Positions 33,481-43,359 of a stretch of DNA of 64,000 bases are shown here, piece by piece (position 1 is the first letter of the stretch; each line of letters starts with the position of its first letter). Both the position numbers and the translations under genes were made by a program. Below the pieces are notes generated by a model. The model saw only the letters and a program-made list of their open reading frames with translations, was not told the origin of the DNA and did no database searches. The DNA is from an uncultured bacterium (GTDB taxonomy: Bacteria; Abyssobacteria; SURF-5): the NCBI GenBank assembly GCA_964607485.1, contig CAZSKP010000021.1, positions 13,500 to 77,499 of the forward strand, read 5' to 3'.

Positions 33481-35637
33481 ATGCGGAATCTTCTGGAAGA
33501 CCTCAACGAACCACAGCGACGGGCGGTTACCGCCACGGAGGGCCCCGTCGTCGTCATTGCGGGCGCCGGCAGCGGGAAGACAAGGGTGATAACGTACCGT
33601 GTGGCGTACCTCATAGGGGCGAAACATGTTGCGCCACGCAACATACTCGCCGTCACCTTCACGAACAAGGCGGCCGAGGAAATGCGCGGCCGCATCTTCA
33701 GGCTCCTCGGCACGACCAAGCTGGAGTCGTGGATCGGTACCTTCCACGCCACGTGCGCGAATCTCCTGAGACGCGAGGCCGACCGGCTGGGCTACAAACG
33801 CAACTTCGCCATTTACGACGAATCCGACCAACTGTTGCTGATCAAACGCTGCATGAAGAAGCTCTCACTGCCGGAACGCGACTACAATCCGCATGCGATT
33901 CTGTCGCGCATCAGCCTGGCGAAGAACGACATGACCGCTCCGAAGGCATTTGAAAGCGCGGCGACCGACCACTTTGAGGAACAGGTCGGCCGCGTGTATC
34001 GGTCCTATCAAGAGGCGCTCCGCGAAAACAATGCGATGGATTTCGACGACCTGTTGAACAATGCGCTCGCAGTGCTGCTCGACTATCCCGACTGCGCGCA
34101 GAAGTATCGCAAATATTTCAGGTATATCCTTGTTGACGAATTTCAAGACACCAACCGCGTGCAGTACGGGCTCGTGCGCGAGCTGGCCAGAGAACATCGC
34201 AACCTGTGCGTGGTCGGCGACGACGACCAGAGCATCTATAGTTGGCGCGGGGCGAACATCGACAACCTGCTCGATTTTCAGAAGGATTTTGCCGAGGCGT
34301 CAACCGTGTTCCTGGAGGAAAACTATCGCTCCACCCAATTGATCCTCGATGCCGCCAACGCGGTCATTGAAAACAACGAGAGAAGGAAACCGAAGAAACT
34401 CTGGACACAAAACGAACGGGGCGAGCAGATAGTGTGGTACGCCGTTTCCAACGAACGCGCCGAGGCGCGGCACGTGGTCGAAGAGATGTTCCGGCTTAAG
34501 AACGATTTGCCGGAACTGAGGAACGGCGACTTCGCCGTATTCTACCGTACCAACGCTCAGTCTCGCGTGCTCGAGGACGAGTTGCGCGGCGAGGGCGTCC
34601 CCTACATCATCGTGGGCGGCCTCAGATTCTATGATCGCAAGGAGATAAAGGACGCCCTGGCATATCTCAGGGTGATATCGAACGCGAACGACAGCGTGAG
34701 TCTGAGGAGAATAATCAACACGCCCCCCCGAGGGATAGGGAAGGCAACACTCGAGAAGGCCGACCAGTTTGCGTCGAAGCAGAGAGTTCAGCTGTTTGAA
34801 GCGATAGGCCGGGCGTCGGAAATCCCTGAGCTGCGCGCCAACGCCCGCGAGAGCCTTCTTGCGTTTCACAAGTATATTTCCCATCTGATGGAGAGGAAGG
34901 ATAAGCTGTCGGCGGCCGAACTGATCAAGGAAGTTCTCGAAACGAGCGGTTACGCCCGGGTGCTCCGGCAGGACCCCACGTTTGAGGCGCAGGCGCGCAT
35001 TGAAAACCTCGACGAGCTCGTGTCCGCGGCCACAGAGCTCGCGGAAGAAACGGGCGACGCCTCTCTTGAAACATTCCTTGAAAACGTATCGCTGCAGACC
35101 GATATCGACGAATGGGACGATACGAGCGACATGGTTACGCTCATGACCCTCCACATGGCCAAGGGACTGGAGTTCCCGGTCGTCTTCATAGCGGGCATGG
35201 AGGAAGGCCTGCTTCCTCACGCCAACTCGCTCACCTCCGACAAAGGGCTCGAGGAAGAGCGGCGGCTGTGCTACGTCGGGATTACGCGCGCGAAGAAGCG
35301 CGTTGTCCTCACCTCGGCCGATACCCGGCACATGAGAGGCATGACCACCGTGCAGGTTCCTTCGAGATTCCTGGACGAGATCCCCGAGGAACTTGTCCAT
35401 TGCGTCGAGCCGTCCAACGGAGGCTATCAACACACCGACGAGTACTGCCAGGTGGTGCCCGACTACGAGGGCGGTGAGTTCGAGGTCGGCGACGTGGTGG
35501 AGCATTCAGCCTTCGGAACGGGCAGAATCGACGCCGTCAGCGGAAGCGGGGACAAGCTGAAGGTAGCCGTCCGTTTCTTTCGCGACAACAAGCAGAGAGA
35601 CCTGTTAATCAAATATGCGTGCCTCAGAAAGAGATGA
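33481..35637 (+). CDS. pcrA: ATP-dependent DNA helicase PcrA/UvrD
   Basis: AGAGSGKT, VDEFQDTN, GDDDQSIYSWRGA, TLHMAKGLEF, EEERRLCYVGITRA, C-terminal Tudor-like domain. Confidence 0.96.
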   Translation: MRNLLEDLNEPQRRAVTATEGPVVVIAGAGSGKTRVITYRVAYLIGAKHVAPRNILAVTFTNKAAEEMRGRIFRLLGTTKLESWIGTFHATCANLLRREADRLGYKRNFAIYDESDQLLLIKRCMKKLSLPERDYNPHAILSRISLAKNDMTAPKAFESAATDHFEEQVGRVYRSYQEALRENNAMDFDDLLNNALAVLLDYPDCAQKYRKYFRYILVDEFQDTNRVQYGLVRELAREHRNLCVVGDDDQSIYSWRGANIDNLLDFQKDFAEASTVFLEENYRSTQLILDAANAVIENNERRKPKKLWTQNERGEQIVWYAVSNERAEARHVVEEMFRLKNDLPELRNGDFAVFYRTNAQSRVLEDELRGEGVPYIIVGGLRFYDRKEIKDALAYLRVISNANDSVSLRRIINTPPRGIGKATLEKADQFASKQRVQLFEAIGRASEIPELRANARESLLAFHKYISHLMERKDKLSAAELIKEVLETSGYARVLRQDPTFEAQARIENLDELVSAATELAEETGDASLETFLENVSLQTDIDEWDDTSDMVTLMTLHMAKGLEFPVVFIAGMEEGLLPHANSLTSDKGLEEERRLCYVGITRAKKRVVLTSADTRHMRGMTTVQVPSRFLDEIPEELVHCVEPSNGGYQHTDEYCQVVPDYEGGEFEVGDVVEHSAFGTGRIDAVSGSGDKLKVAVRFFRDNKQRDLLIKYACLRKR

Positions 35638-35654
35638 AAGGGGAATGCCCTGCC

Positions 35655-36716
35655 ATGTCGCTCGAGGAAATTCGCAAGAAAATCGACGAAATCGATAACG
35701 AGATCATCCGGCTCCTGAACGAGCGCGCCAGGGCCGCCATAGAAATCGGAAAAATCAAGGAGCAGGCGAACGCGCACGTGTATGCGCCCGCTCGCGAGAA
35801 GCAGGTCATCGAACAACTCTGCGCGAAGAACACCGGCCCCCTGACCGCCGACGCGCTGAAGTCGATCTACAAGGAAATCATCTCTGCAAGCCGCAGCATG
35901 GAGAAGCCGCTCACGGTGACCTACCTCGGCCCCCGGGCCACGTTCGCTCACCTGGCGGCGCTGCAGAAGTTCGGCAGCTCGACGAACTACGTTTCCGCGC
36001 GGACCATATCCGACGTGTTCATCGATGTGAAGAAAGGGCACGCCGATTACGGGGTGGTGCCCATCGAAAACTCGACCGAAGGAATCGTCAGCTACACGCT
36101 CGACATGTTCATGGAATCCGACCTGAAAATTTTCTCCGAGGTAATGCTCGAGGTCTCTCAGAATCTCATGTCGAAAGGCCAGTTGACGGACATCAAAAAG
36201 GTGTACTCGCATCCGCAGGCGCTCGGCCAGTGCCGCCGATGGCTCGAGGCGAACATGTCTCACGCCGAGCTCATTGCTACGTCGAGCACGGCGCAGGCGG
36301 CGGAGCTCGCCGAAAAGGACCCCGCGGCGGCGGCCATAGCGAACGAGCTGGCCGCCGAAATATACCACCTGAACCTGCTCGTACGGAGAATCGAGGACAG
36401 CCCGAACAACTACACGCGCTTCCTGATCGTCGGGCACTCGACGGCACAAAGGAGCGGACACGACAAGACATCCATCATGTTTTCCATCCGGCACAAGGTG
36501 GGCGCTCTCTCGGAGATTCTCAAAACATTCGCCTCTCACAATATCAACCTCACGCGAATCGAGTCCCGACCTTCCAGACAGAGGGCATGGGAGTACGTTT
36601 TCTTCGTCGATCTGGAGGGGCACACGAACGACGCGCACGTCGCTCAGGCTCTCGAAGAGGCGGGCGCGAATTGCATCTTCCTGAAAACCCTCGGTTCCTA
36701 CCCGAGCGGAGAATGA
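35655..36716 (+). CDS. pheA: chorismate mutase/prephenate dehydratase (P-protein)
   Basis: LEEIRKKIDEID CM domain, PIENSTEG, SHPQALGQC, NYTRF, IESRP ACT domain. Confidence 0.96.
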   Translation: MSLEEIRKKIDEIDNEIIRLLNERARAAIEIGKIKEQANAHVYAPAREKQVIEQLCAKNTGPLTADALKSIYKEIISASRSMEKPLTVTYLGPRATFAHLAALQKFGSSTNYVSARTISDVFIDVKKGHADYGVVPIENSTEGIVSYTLDMFMESDLKIFSEVMLEVSQNLMSKGQLTDIKKVYSHPQALGQCRRWLEANMSHAELIATSSTAQAAELAEKDPAAAAIANELAAEIYHLNLLVRRIEDSPNNYTRFLIVGHSTAQRSGHDKTSIMFSIRHKVGALSEILKTFASHNINLTRIESRPSRQRAWEYVFFVDLEGHTNDAHVAQALEEAGANCIFLKTLGSYPSGE

Positions 36717-36732
36717 GGCCCGGCGATTTGTC

Positions 36733-37161
36733 ATGGCGGCGGACGAAAAAATCTACAGGATACTGGACGCAAACGCGAACCGTGCCCGGGAAGGGCTGCG
36801 TGTCGTCGAAGAATTCCTCCGAATGGTCCGCGACGACGCCGAATTTACGCTCCGCCTGAAGAACCTTCGGCACAGCGTCACCGACGCCGTCGGCTCCATG
36901 AACGTGGACGAGAAGCTCATCGAGGCGCGGCAGAGCGACGCCGACGTGGGCGCCACCGAGCCCGCGGGGTCCGAGGGAAACCGGGACGATTTCGGCCACA
37001 TCGTCACGGCGAACCTCCGACGCTCGCAGGAGGCATTGCGGGTGTTGGAAGAATACTCCAAACTAATATCGGAAAAGGCGTCGGCCGAATTTAAGCGCCT
37101 ACGCTTCGAAACGTACACGCTCGAAAAGGACATCAGGCTCGACGCGAACACGGAGAAATGA
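36733..37161 (+). CDS. ThiD2-like protein (N-terminal domain of long ThiE), stand-alone
   Basis: RILDANANRAREGLRVVEE, LKNLRH, ANLRRSQEALRVLEEY. Confidence 0.85.
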   Translation: MAADEKIYRILDANANRAREGLRVVEEFLRMVRDDAEFTLRLKNLRHSVTDAVGSMNVDEKLIEARQSDADVGATEPAGSEGNRDDFGHIVTANLRRSQEALRVLEEYSKLISEKASAEFKRLRFETYTLEKDIRLDANTEK

Positions 37162-37188
37162 GAAAGGGCGAAGTCCCTCAGACCTGCT

Positions 37189-37986
37189 ATGGCGAACCGT
37201 CACACGAATCCAATCATAGAAACGAGGAATCTGACCAAGGTGTTCGGCACCACGAGGGCGGTCGATAACCTCACTCTGGAAGTGGAAAAAGGAGAGTTCT
37301 TCTGCTTCCTCGGCCCGAACGGAGCCGGAAAGACCACGACGATAAAGATACTCACCGGGCTGCTCCGGCCCACGTCGGGCTCGGCGCTCATTTCCGGATA
37401 CGATATCACCACGAACCCGGTGGAGGCCAAGCGCCTCATCGGCTATATCCCCGACCATCCCTACCTTTACGAAAAGCTCTCCGGACGCGAGTTCATGAGG
37501 TTCATGGCGGGCATGTACCAGCTCGACGGGAGCGTGCTCGACCGAAGGATAGATGAACTGCTCGAACTCTTCGGAATCCTCGAATATGCAGACCAGCTCA
37601 CCGAAGACTATTCCCACGGGATGCGTCAGAAGCTCATCTTCAGCGCCACGTTCCTTCACTCTCCCAAGGTCGTGATTGTGGACGAACCGTGGGTTGGCCT
37701 CGACCCGAAGAGCATCCGCTTCGTCAAAGACTATCTGACCTCCAGGACCCGCGAGGGGGTCAGCATATTCATGTCAACTCACACGCTCAGCATCGCCGAG
37801 GAAATCGCCGACAGAATAGGCATAATCCACAAGGGAAAGCTCATAGCGCTCGGGACGGTGGAGGAAATAAGGGCGAGCGATGTCCGCAACCTCGAAGATG
37901 TGTTCCTCGAGCTCACGGCGGAGGAGCCGGAGATTTCCCCGCTCAAACTCGAGGAAGGAGAGCCCGGCCGCGGAACGAGCGGCTGA
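37189..37986 (+). CDS. ABC-2 type transporter ATP-binding protein
   Basis: GPNGAGKTT, YSHGMRQK, VDEPWVGLDP, STH. Confidence 0.95.
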   Translation: MANRHTNPIIETRNLTKVFGTTRAVDNLTLEVEKGEFFCFLGPNGAGKTTTIKILTGLLRPTSGSALISGYDITTNPVEAKRLIGYIPDHPYLYEKLSGREFMRFMAGMYQLDGSVLDRRIDELLELFGILEYADQLTEDYSHGMRQKLIFSATFLHSPKVVIVDEPWVGLDPKSIRFVKDYLTSRTREGVSIFMSTHTLSIAEEIADRIGIIHKGKLIALGTVEEIRASDVRNLEDVFLELTAEEPEISPLKLEEGEPGRGTSG

Positions 37987-38029
37987 TTTTGACAAAGCAC
38001 GTTCTCGGTGTGATATAATTTGGCGAGCG

Positions 38030-38539
38030 ATGACCGTCTCCGTGCTGAAAACGACTGCATTGGCCGCTGTTTTGGCGCTTCTGAGCGCTTCCGTCGGTCT
38101 TGCCCAGGACCAAGATATCGACATACTGAAACGGGCGCTCACGAACTCGCTCGGCGAGAAGACGAACTCCGGCGCCCTCCGCGTCGCGTCGGTGAAGAAA
38201 GAGGTGAGGCGGGGCGGCGAGACCTTGCTCATAGTGCTCAACGCAAACAACGGTCCCACTCCGGCGGCCGTGCGCTACGGCATTTTCACGGACGCGGTGA
38301 AGGTTTTCAAGATTCTGAAAAGCTGGGAGTGGCCCGACCGGGTCGAGCGTGTGGTGCTCGGCGAGCAGTGCCTCACCGGCGACGGAAGCAGCCGCAAGAC
38401 ATCGGAGCTTGTGTTTATGGGGCAAATCTCTTCCGACAAGGTCCGCGAGACGGATTGGGAATCGTTCAACCCGGGGAAAATCCCGGACATCATGGATTCC
38501 GTCCAGTTTCGCGGCGCTGCGGAAAAGAGTCAACCATGA
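38030..38539 (+). CDS. exported hypothetical protein
   Basis: signal peptide (AVLALLSASVGLA); TTGACA (37989) and TGnTATAAT (38011-38019) just upstream. Confidence 0.7.
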   Translation: MTVSVLKTTALAAVLALLSASVGLAQDQDIDILKRALTNSLGEKTNSGALRVASVKKEVRRGGETLLIVLNANNGPTPAAVRYGIFTDAVKVFKILKSWEWPDRVERVVLGEQCLTGDGSSRKTSELVFMGQISSDKVRETDWESFNPGKIPDIMDSVQFRGAAEKSQP

Positions 38540-38565
38540 GGACTCATTAGGAAAGGAAGGAAAAT

Positions 38566-38916
38566 ATGAAATCCGGGAAAATGACGAACGTGCTTCTGGC
38601 GGTGATCGCTCTCCTCCTGCTGGGAAACCTGCTGCTCCCTATGCTTAAGACAGCAGAGGCGGCCGCCGCCGGCGACGATGCGGTCTCGCCGGCTGTTGTT
38701 GCGGAGAAGGCGCAGGTTCTGGCGCTCAATGAAGCCGCCGACCAGATAGGCGGGGGGCTCAGAGAGATTGCCCAATCCAATCGGATGATCGCCAACGCCA
38801 TCGGCGACTCCATCAGGGAACTTGCGCGCTCGAACGAACGCATTGCGTATTCTCTCGACAATCTCACCGTCGAGCTGAAGCCCGAACAACAAGTCCAAGA
38901 AGAAGAAGAGCAATAA
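38566..38916 (+). CDS. membrane-anchored/exported helical hypothetical protein
   Basis: AAGGA RBS, N-terminal hydrophobic helix, internal repeat LREIAQSNRMIA / IRELARSNERIA. Confidence 0.75.
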   Translation: MKSGKMTNVLLAVIALLLLGNLLLPMLKTAEAAAAGDDAVSPAVVAEKAQVLALNEAADQIGGGLREIAQSNRMIANAIGDSIRELARSNERIAYSLDNLTVELKPEQQVQEEEEQ

Positions 38917-39039
38917 GAAAAGCCTTGAGTCGAGCGACCGCCGGGAGCACGGCGAGCCGTTCTTTGTTCCGACAGTAGAAGGCCGCCCTTTTTCTTTTTA
39001 CTTGCGGCACGGCGACACAATCTGTAATATGAACTACTA

Positions 39040-40071
39040 ATGGAGTCATCTCTGATGAAAAAGCTTCGGGTGGCAATTGCGGTGGCTGGCATGGTCGTCC
39101 TGTCGGGTTGCGGTTCTCTCTCGAACCTGAAGGCGCCGAAGATCTCCGACGTCAATCTGCTGAAATCATCCAAAAACCAGCGTACCTACCAGGCCGATTA
39201 CGACACGACCTTCAGGGCCGCGGTGGATGCCCTCAGACAGACCGACAACGGCAGCGCCAAGCTGGTCAAATATGATGAAGGGCTCATCATTTTCAACAAG
39301 CCCAACGACACCGGTTCAACAACCGCTAACGTCACAAAGATCGACGAGGGAACCACCCGCGTCGAACTCCTCGCAAAAGTCAAGCGCAGGTTCTGGTTGG
39401 ACAGTACCGACGAAGCGGCGCGAGACGCCTTCTTCGCCGAAATGGACCGACGACTCGGCTCGACTTCGGCGACAGAGTCCGCCGCCGAGGCGGGTCAACC
39501 GGAGCAGCCCGCCCCGGCCGAAACGCAGGCTGCGACTCAGAACGAGGTTCAACAGGACAGGAGCCTGCTTCTCGCCGACCTCAGGCAGCAGTTGCGGCTC
39601 GGTGAAGATAACGCCTTCCTCGACAAGCTTTCGTACGACGACCTCGTGATACTCGACCGGAAGCTCGAAACGCTCCACTCCGTCGCCGCAGAAAAGAAGG
39701 AACTCGCCGGGACGTGCGCCGCATGCTACATAGACCTCGCCCGCGTTTACCACGATGCCGGCGAGTACGCCCGCTCGGCGGAGGCGCTCAAGACAGCCAT
39801 CGGCGTCGAGCCCGACAACGCGGTGGCGCACTGCAATCTGGGCGAAATCTACAAACATATGGGCGTGTTCGACGACGCGATCCGCGAACTCGACGAGGCG
39901 AAAAGGCTCAATCCCGACCTTCCCGACACATACATCAATCTCGGCATAATCTACGACGATTACGTCGTGGACGATCAGAAAGCGCTGGGATACTACAAGA
40001 AATACCTGGAATTGGGCGGCTCCGACGAACAAGTGAAGGATTGGATCGCCGCAATAGAGAAAGGTTCCTGA
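39040..40071 (+). CDS. TPR-containing lipoprotein
   Basis: LSGC lipobox; C-terminal TPRs (AHCNLGEIY, TYINLGIIY); alternative start at 39055. Confidence 0.85.
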   Translation: MESSLMKKLRVAIAVAGMVVLSGCGSLSNLKAPKISDVNLLKSSKNQRTYQADYDTTFRAAVDALRQTDNGSAKLVKYDEGLIIFNKPNDTGSTTANVTKIDEGTTRVELLAKVKRRFWLDSTDEAARDAFFAEMDRRLGSTSATESAAEAGQPEQPAPAETQAATQNEVQQDRSLLLADLRQQLRLGEDNAFLDKLSYDDLVILDRKLETLHSVAAEKKELAGTCAACYIDLARVYHDAGEYARSAEALKTAIGVEPDNAVAHCNLGEIYKHMGVFDDAIRELDEAKRLNPDLPDTYINLGIIYDDYVVDDQKALGYYKKYLELGGSDEQVKDWIAAIEKGS

Positions 40072-40236
40072 CAACGGTCTTTCTGTCCGACCCGCTTTCG
40101 GGTCCCCCGTCAATAAGCGATAGTCTCACGGCCACAACACGTTCTCTGGGCAGAGCACTGTTTCACGTCGCGTGAATCCGTGACATAGTTGGCGCACTAG
40201 ACAGGGCAGGGGAGTGGAAAAAACGGAGGTGAACAC

Positions 40237-40440
40237 ATGGCAGTAGCGAGAGTGACACAAATCGTTGCATCATCACAGAAAGGTTTCGAGGATGCTATCA
40301 AAGAGGGGCTGAAGCGCGCGAACAAGACTCTCCGCGGACTCACGGGCCTCGAGGTCACCAAGATGAACGCGAAGATCGAGAAGGGCAAAATCATGGAATA
40401 CCGCGCGCACATGAACATAACCTTTATCCTGGAAGAATAA
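40237..40440 (+). CDS. dodecin family flavin-binding protein
   Basis: VARVTQIVASSQKGFEDAI..RANKTLRGL..EYR..ITF; GGAGG RBS. Confidence 0.9.
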   Translation: MAVARVTQIVASSQKGFEDAIKEGLKRANKTLRGLTGLEVTKMNAKIEKGKIMEYRAHMNITFILEE

Positions 40441-40539
40441 TCGGCGGAAATGGCGAAGGGCGGCGAGTCACCGAGAAACCACTCCCCTGTGATTCCCGCC
40501 GCCCCTCTCGAGTAGGGAGAAGAGTTCTTTCGCCGTCGC

Positions 40540-40833
40540 TCAGGCCGATTGAATGAACTCGTAAACCAGAAGCAGCAACAGAAAAATCGAGACACCGGCG
40601 AAGGCTGCCGCGTAAACGAGCGGAATCATGAGGACGTTGTATTCCGCAAACACATAGTAATTCGCGAAACACAACGCCGCCCCGAAGGCCAGCATCAGCG
40701 CGGCCCGAAACTTTCGATGGGTTAATAGGTAGAGCATCAGGCCGGCGACAAGAACCAATTCGGGGTGGGTGACGCCATACTCGCACGCCACCGAAAGATA
40801 CTCTGAACCCTGAAATAATTCTGTCCAACCCAT
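40540..40833 (-). CDS. small membrane protein (about 3 TM)
   Basis: GGAGG RBS, three hydrophobic segments. Confidence 0.75.
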   Translation of the reverse strand: MGWTELFQGSEYLSVACEYGVTHPELVLVAGLMLYLLTHRKFRAALMLAFGAALCFANYYVFAEYNVLMIPLVYAAAFAGVSIFLLLLLVYEFIQSA

Positions 40834-40884
40834 AGGAAACCTCCGTGTTAAGATTCAACCGGGGTACTAACCATGGGGTGTCAT

Positions 40885-40901
40885 AGCATTACTCGTGCCA
40901 G
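40885..40901 (-). promoter_or_regulatory. sigma54 (-24/-12) promoter
   Basis: minus strand CTGGCACGAGTAATGCT, GG-N10-GC, about 50 bp upstream of ATG 40833. Confidence 0.7.
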
Positions 40902-41106
40902 AAAAACGGAATTTTAATACAAACACAACCTCCGACGTCCAAAGCACTTACACCGAAGGGGCGTTCCGCCCGCGATTTCAGAATCGTTAAACCGCTCTCC
41001 CCGAATTACAGCATCGTTATCGACTGTTTAGAACGGGCCGATTTCAAAATCCCGTCCAGTGAATGGTCACAATCGTATTCGGGGGTATATGACTCAATAA
41101 TCACGA

Positions 41107-41130
41107 AGGGGCGCACGACCGTGCGCCCCT
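41107..41130. repeat. REP-like hairpin downstream of the flavodoxin gene
   Basis: AGGGGCGCACG-AC-CGTGCGCCCCT. Confidence 0.55.
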
Positions 41131-41171
41131 GCAAGAGTGGACAAGAAAAAGGGTGAAAAGCCGCTAGGCTC

Positions 41172-41648
41172 TCAACCAAAAAGCTTTTTCGCAAGCGAAG
41201 CCGTGCGCCTTCCCAGGGCTTCGCATTGAGTCTTCACGCGGTCATCGGGCGCGTCCACCGAGACCGGTCCATAGTGGTCACCCTCGGCGGTCCCCTGCAC
41301 AATCATCCCATGAATCAACATGGCATGCAGGATGGTGAGAACCGTCGTCTCGTTCCCTCCGCCGATATTCGCCGACGATGAGAATGCCCCGCCCACCTTG
41401 CCCGACAGCTTGCCATGATGGGAGACGCTGAAATCGAAGAAGTCCTTCATCTTTCCCGCCATGCCTCCGTAATACGTCGGAGAACCAGCCACAATGGCGT
41501 CGAAATCGAGCATTTCGTCGGGCTTTGCGTCCTCGACATCTTTCAATACCACCTCCGCGCCTTCCTTTTCGGCTGCATCGGCGACAATCTCCGCCATCGC
41601 CTTCGTGTTGCCGGTGCGGGTGAAATAGAGAACAAGCACTCTCGCCAT
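41172..41648 (-). CDS. WrbA-like flavodoxin / NAD(P)H-dependent oxidoreductase
   Basis: TRTGNTKAMA, GSPTYYG, GKVGGAFSS..GGNETT, HYG. Confidence 0.9.
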   Translation of the reverse strand: MARVLVLYFTRTGNTKAMAEIVADAAEKEGAEVVLKDVEDAKPDEMLDFDAIVAGSPTYYGGMAGKMKDFFDFSVSHHGKLSGKVGGAFSSSANIGGGNETTVLTILHAMLIHGMIVQGTAEGDHYGPVSVDAPDDRVKTQCEALGRRTASLAKKLFG

Positions 41649-41791
41649 ATGTCGCCTCCTCTTCTGCTCGGTTCATGAATAAGAATGCGGCCTTCCTCGA
41701 TGGAATTCTAACACACACCGACGGCCGCGGTCATCAGAAAACCCCTCGCACAATGCGGACATGATTCTGAACGGGCAATTCTCTAGAACCA

Positions 41792-43111
41792 TCAGAAAAC
41801 CGTGATATCGGAAGCTATGTCGCGATAAACATCCAGCGTTTTTCGAAAGGCGCCTTCCGACATGTGAAGAACGTTCAAAGCCTCCAGGACGTTGTCATCG
41901 AAAGCGGTTGCCTTCTCGAATTCGGATGCGCTCAATTTGCAGAAAGTGTTCGCCAGGGACACTCCGCTTGCAGGCCCTCGGGGCTCGGGCTCCAATTCGG
42001 GCAGGTGGTGATACCGAATCGCGTTGGCCAAAGCGGTGGGCAGCAACCAGTGGTCGGCGAGGAGATAGCCGACCTCGGCATGAGTTATCCCCAGCACCGT
42101 CTCCTCCGCCTCCAGGGCCGTCGTGCCGGTGGTCGAGCGGAGCGACGTCGCCCTGGCCTGCTTGCCGTGCATGCTCATCGCGAGCACGACTTTGCCCACG
42201 TCATGAAGCAGGCCGGCGACGAAGGCCGAATCCGTCATCCGCGCCTCATGGCCGAAAGAAATCAACCTCGCCATCGTGGCACAGGTAAACGAATGATTCC
42301 AGTATGCCTTGAAGTCGAGGTCGGTCTTGTCGATCAAATAGTTGAAGACCGAGACCGACATGGCAAGCGCCTGAGTCTCTTTGAAGCCGAGAAGGGCGAC
42401 GGCATGCTTGATGTCCGTAACCTTCCTCGAGAAACCGAAGGCGGGCGAGTTTGCGAGCTTGAGTATTTTCGCCGAGAGAGCGCCGTCTGTCGCTATTATC
42501 TTTGCCACATCCGCCGAGGACGAATTGGGATCGTTGGCGGCCAGCGAAATCGCGTTCACGATGTCGGGAAGGGTGGGAAGTTCCTCGATTTCTTCGACGA
42601 GCTTCGCCACTCTGCGAAGCTTCAACGGCCCCTCCAAGACCGAAGTGTCGGCCTCCTCTACGGGCGGTTTCTCGACCTCCTTCGTCCTTCCATAGTACCT
42701 GTCAAGCGCTTTATACACGGCCCCGCGCGAGCAGAGCACGGGCTTCACCGTCAATCCTGTGACCTCCTCCAATTCGTTTCGGCCGGCTTCGTCCAACGGG
42801 CAGACCATCGCGACAGTCAGGAGGTTGCGCATCCTCCCGATGGGAACCAATTCGAGCCTCACTCCCAACTCGCTTGGAACAAGGTCGAGAACCTCCCGGT
42901 CGATTTCGCAGTGCGATAATTCGACGCTGGCCGTGCCCGGGAACTCGCTCAGAAACTTCAGAAAACTCTCCTCGCTCAGATAACCGAGGTCCATCAAGAT
43001 GTTGCATATCCGCTCCCGCTTCGTCTTCTGAATTTCGAGCGCCTGCTCCACCTGTACCGGAGTGACGTAACCCCTCTCCACCAGGAGCTCGCCTATCCTC
43101 TTCTTCGACAT
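41792..43111 (-). CDS. MshEN (GspE N-terminal) domain fused to HDOD domain
   Basis: RIGELLVERGYV..QALEIQ; LPTLP..ILKLANSPAFG..YWNHS..AGLLHDVGK..THAEVG..W.LP..IRYHH. Confidence 0.88.
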   Translation of the reverse strand: MSKKRIGELLVERGYVTPVQVEQALEIQKTKRERICNILMDLGYLSEESFLKFLSEFPGTASVELSHCEIDREVLDLVPSELGVRLELVPIGRMRNLLTVAMVCPLDEAGRNELEEVTGLTVKPVLCSRGAVYKALDRYYGRTKEVEKPPVEEADTSVLEGPLKLRRVAKLVEEIEELPTLPDIVNAISLAANDPNSSSADVAKIIATDGALSAKILKLANSPAFGFSRKVTDIKHAVALLGFKETQALAMSVSVFNYLIDKTDLDFKAYWNHSFTCATMARLISFGHEARMTDSAFVAGLLHDVGKVVLAMSMHGKQARATSLRSTTGTTALEAEETVLGITHAEVGYLLADHWLLPTALANAIRYHHLPELEPEPRGPASGVSLANTFCKLSASEFEKATAFDDNVLEALNVLHMSEGAFRKTLDVYRDIASDITVF

Positions 43112-43257
43112 TTGCGCTTCTCTCAATCTGTTGTCTTCTTGGGAAAGTCCGCTACCGGCTAGGCTAGCACATACAACCTGCATTGTCAAACAGCTATACG
43201 CCGACATTCTCGGGGGTGCGACCGGCGCGCGGGCCTCGCTTGCCCCGCCTCACGCAG

Positions 43258-43286
43258 TTGACAATACTCGCATGTTTTGATAACAT
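43258..43286 (+). promoter_or_regulatory. sigma70 promoter for tRNA-Gln-glmU
   Basis: TTGACA-17 bp-TAACAT. Confidence 0.65.
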
Positions 43287-43359
43287 AATTTGATTAACGT
43301 AGAGTCGGGTTGCGGGCTAAAACCCTATCAGCCTGCGGCTTAGCGGCTTAATCACGTTG

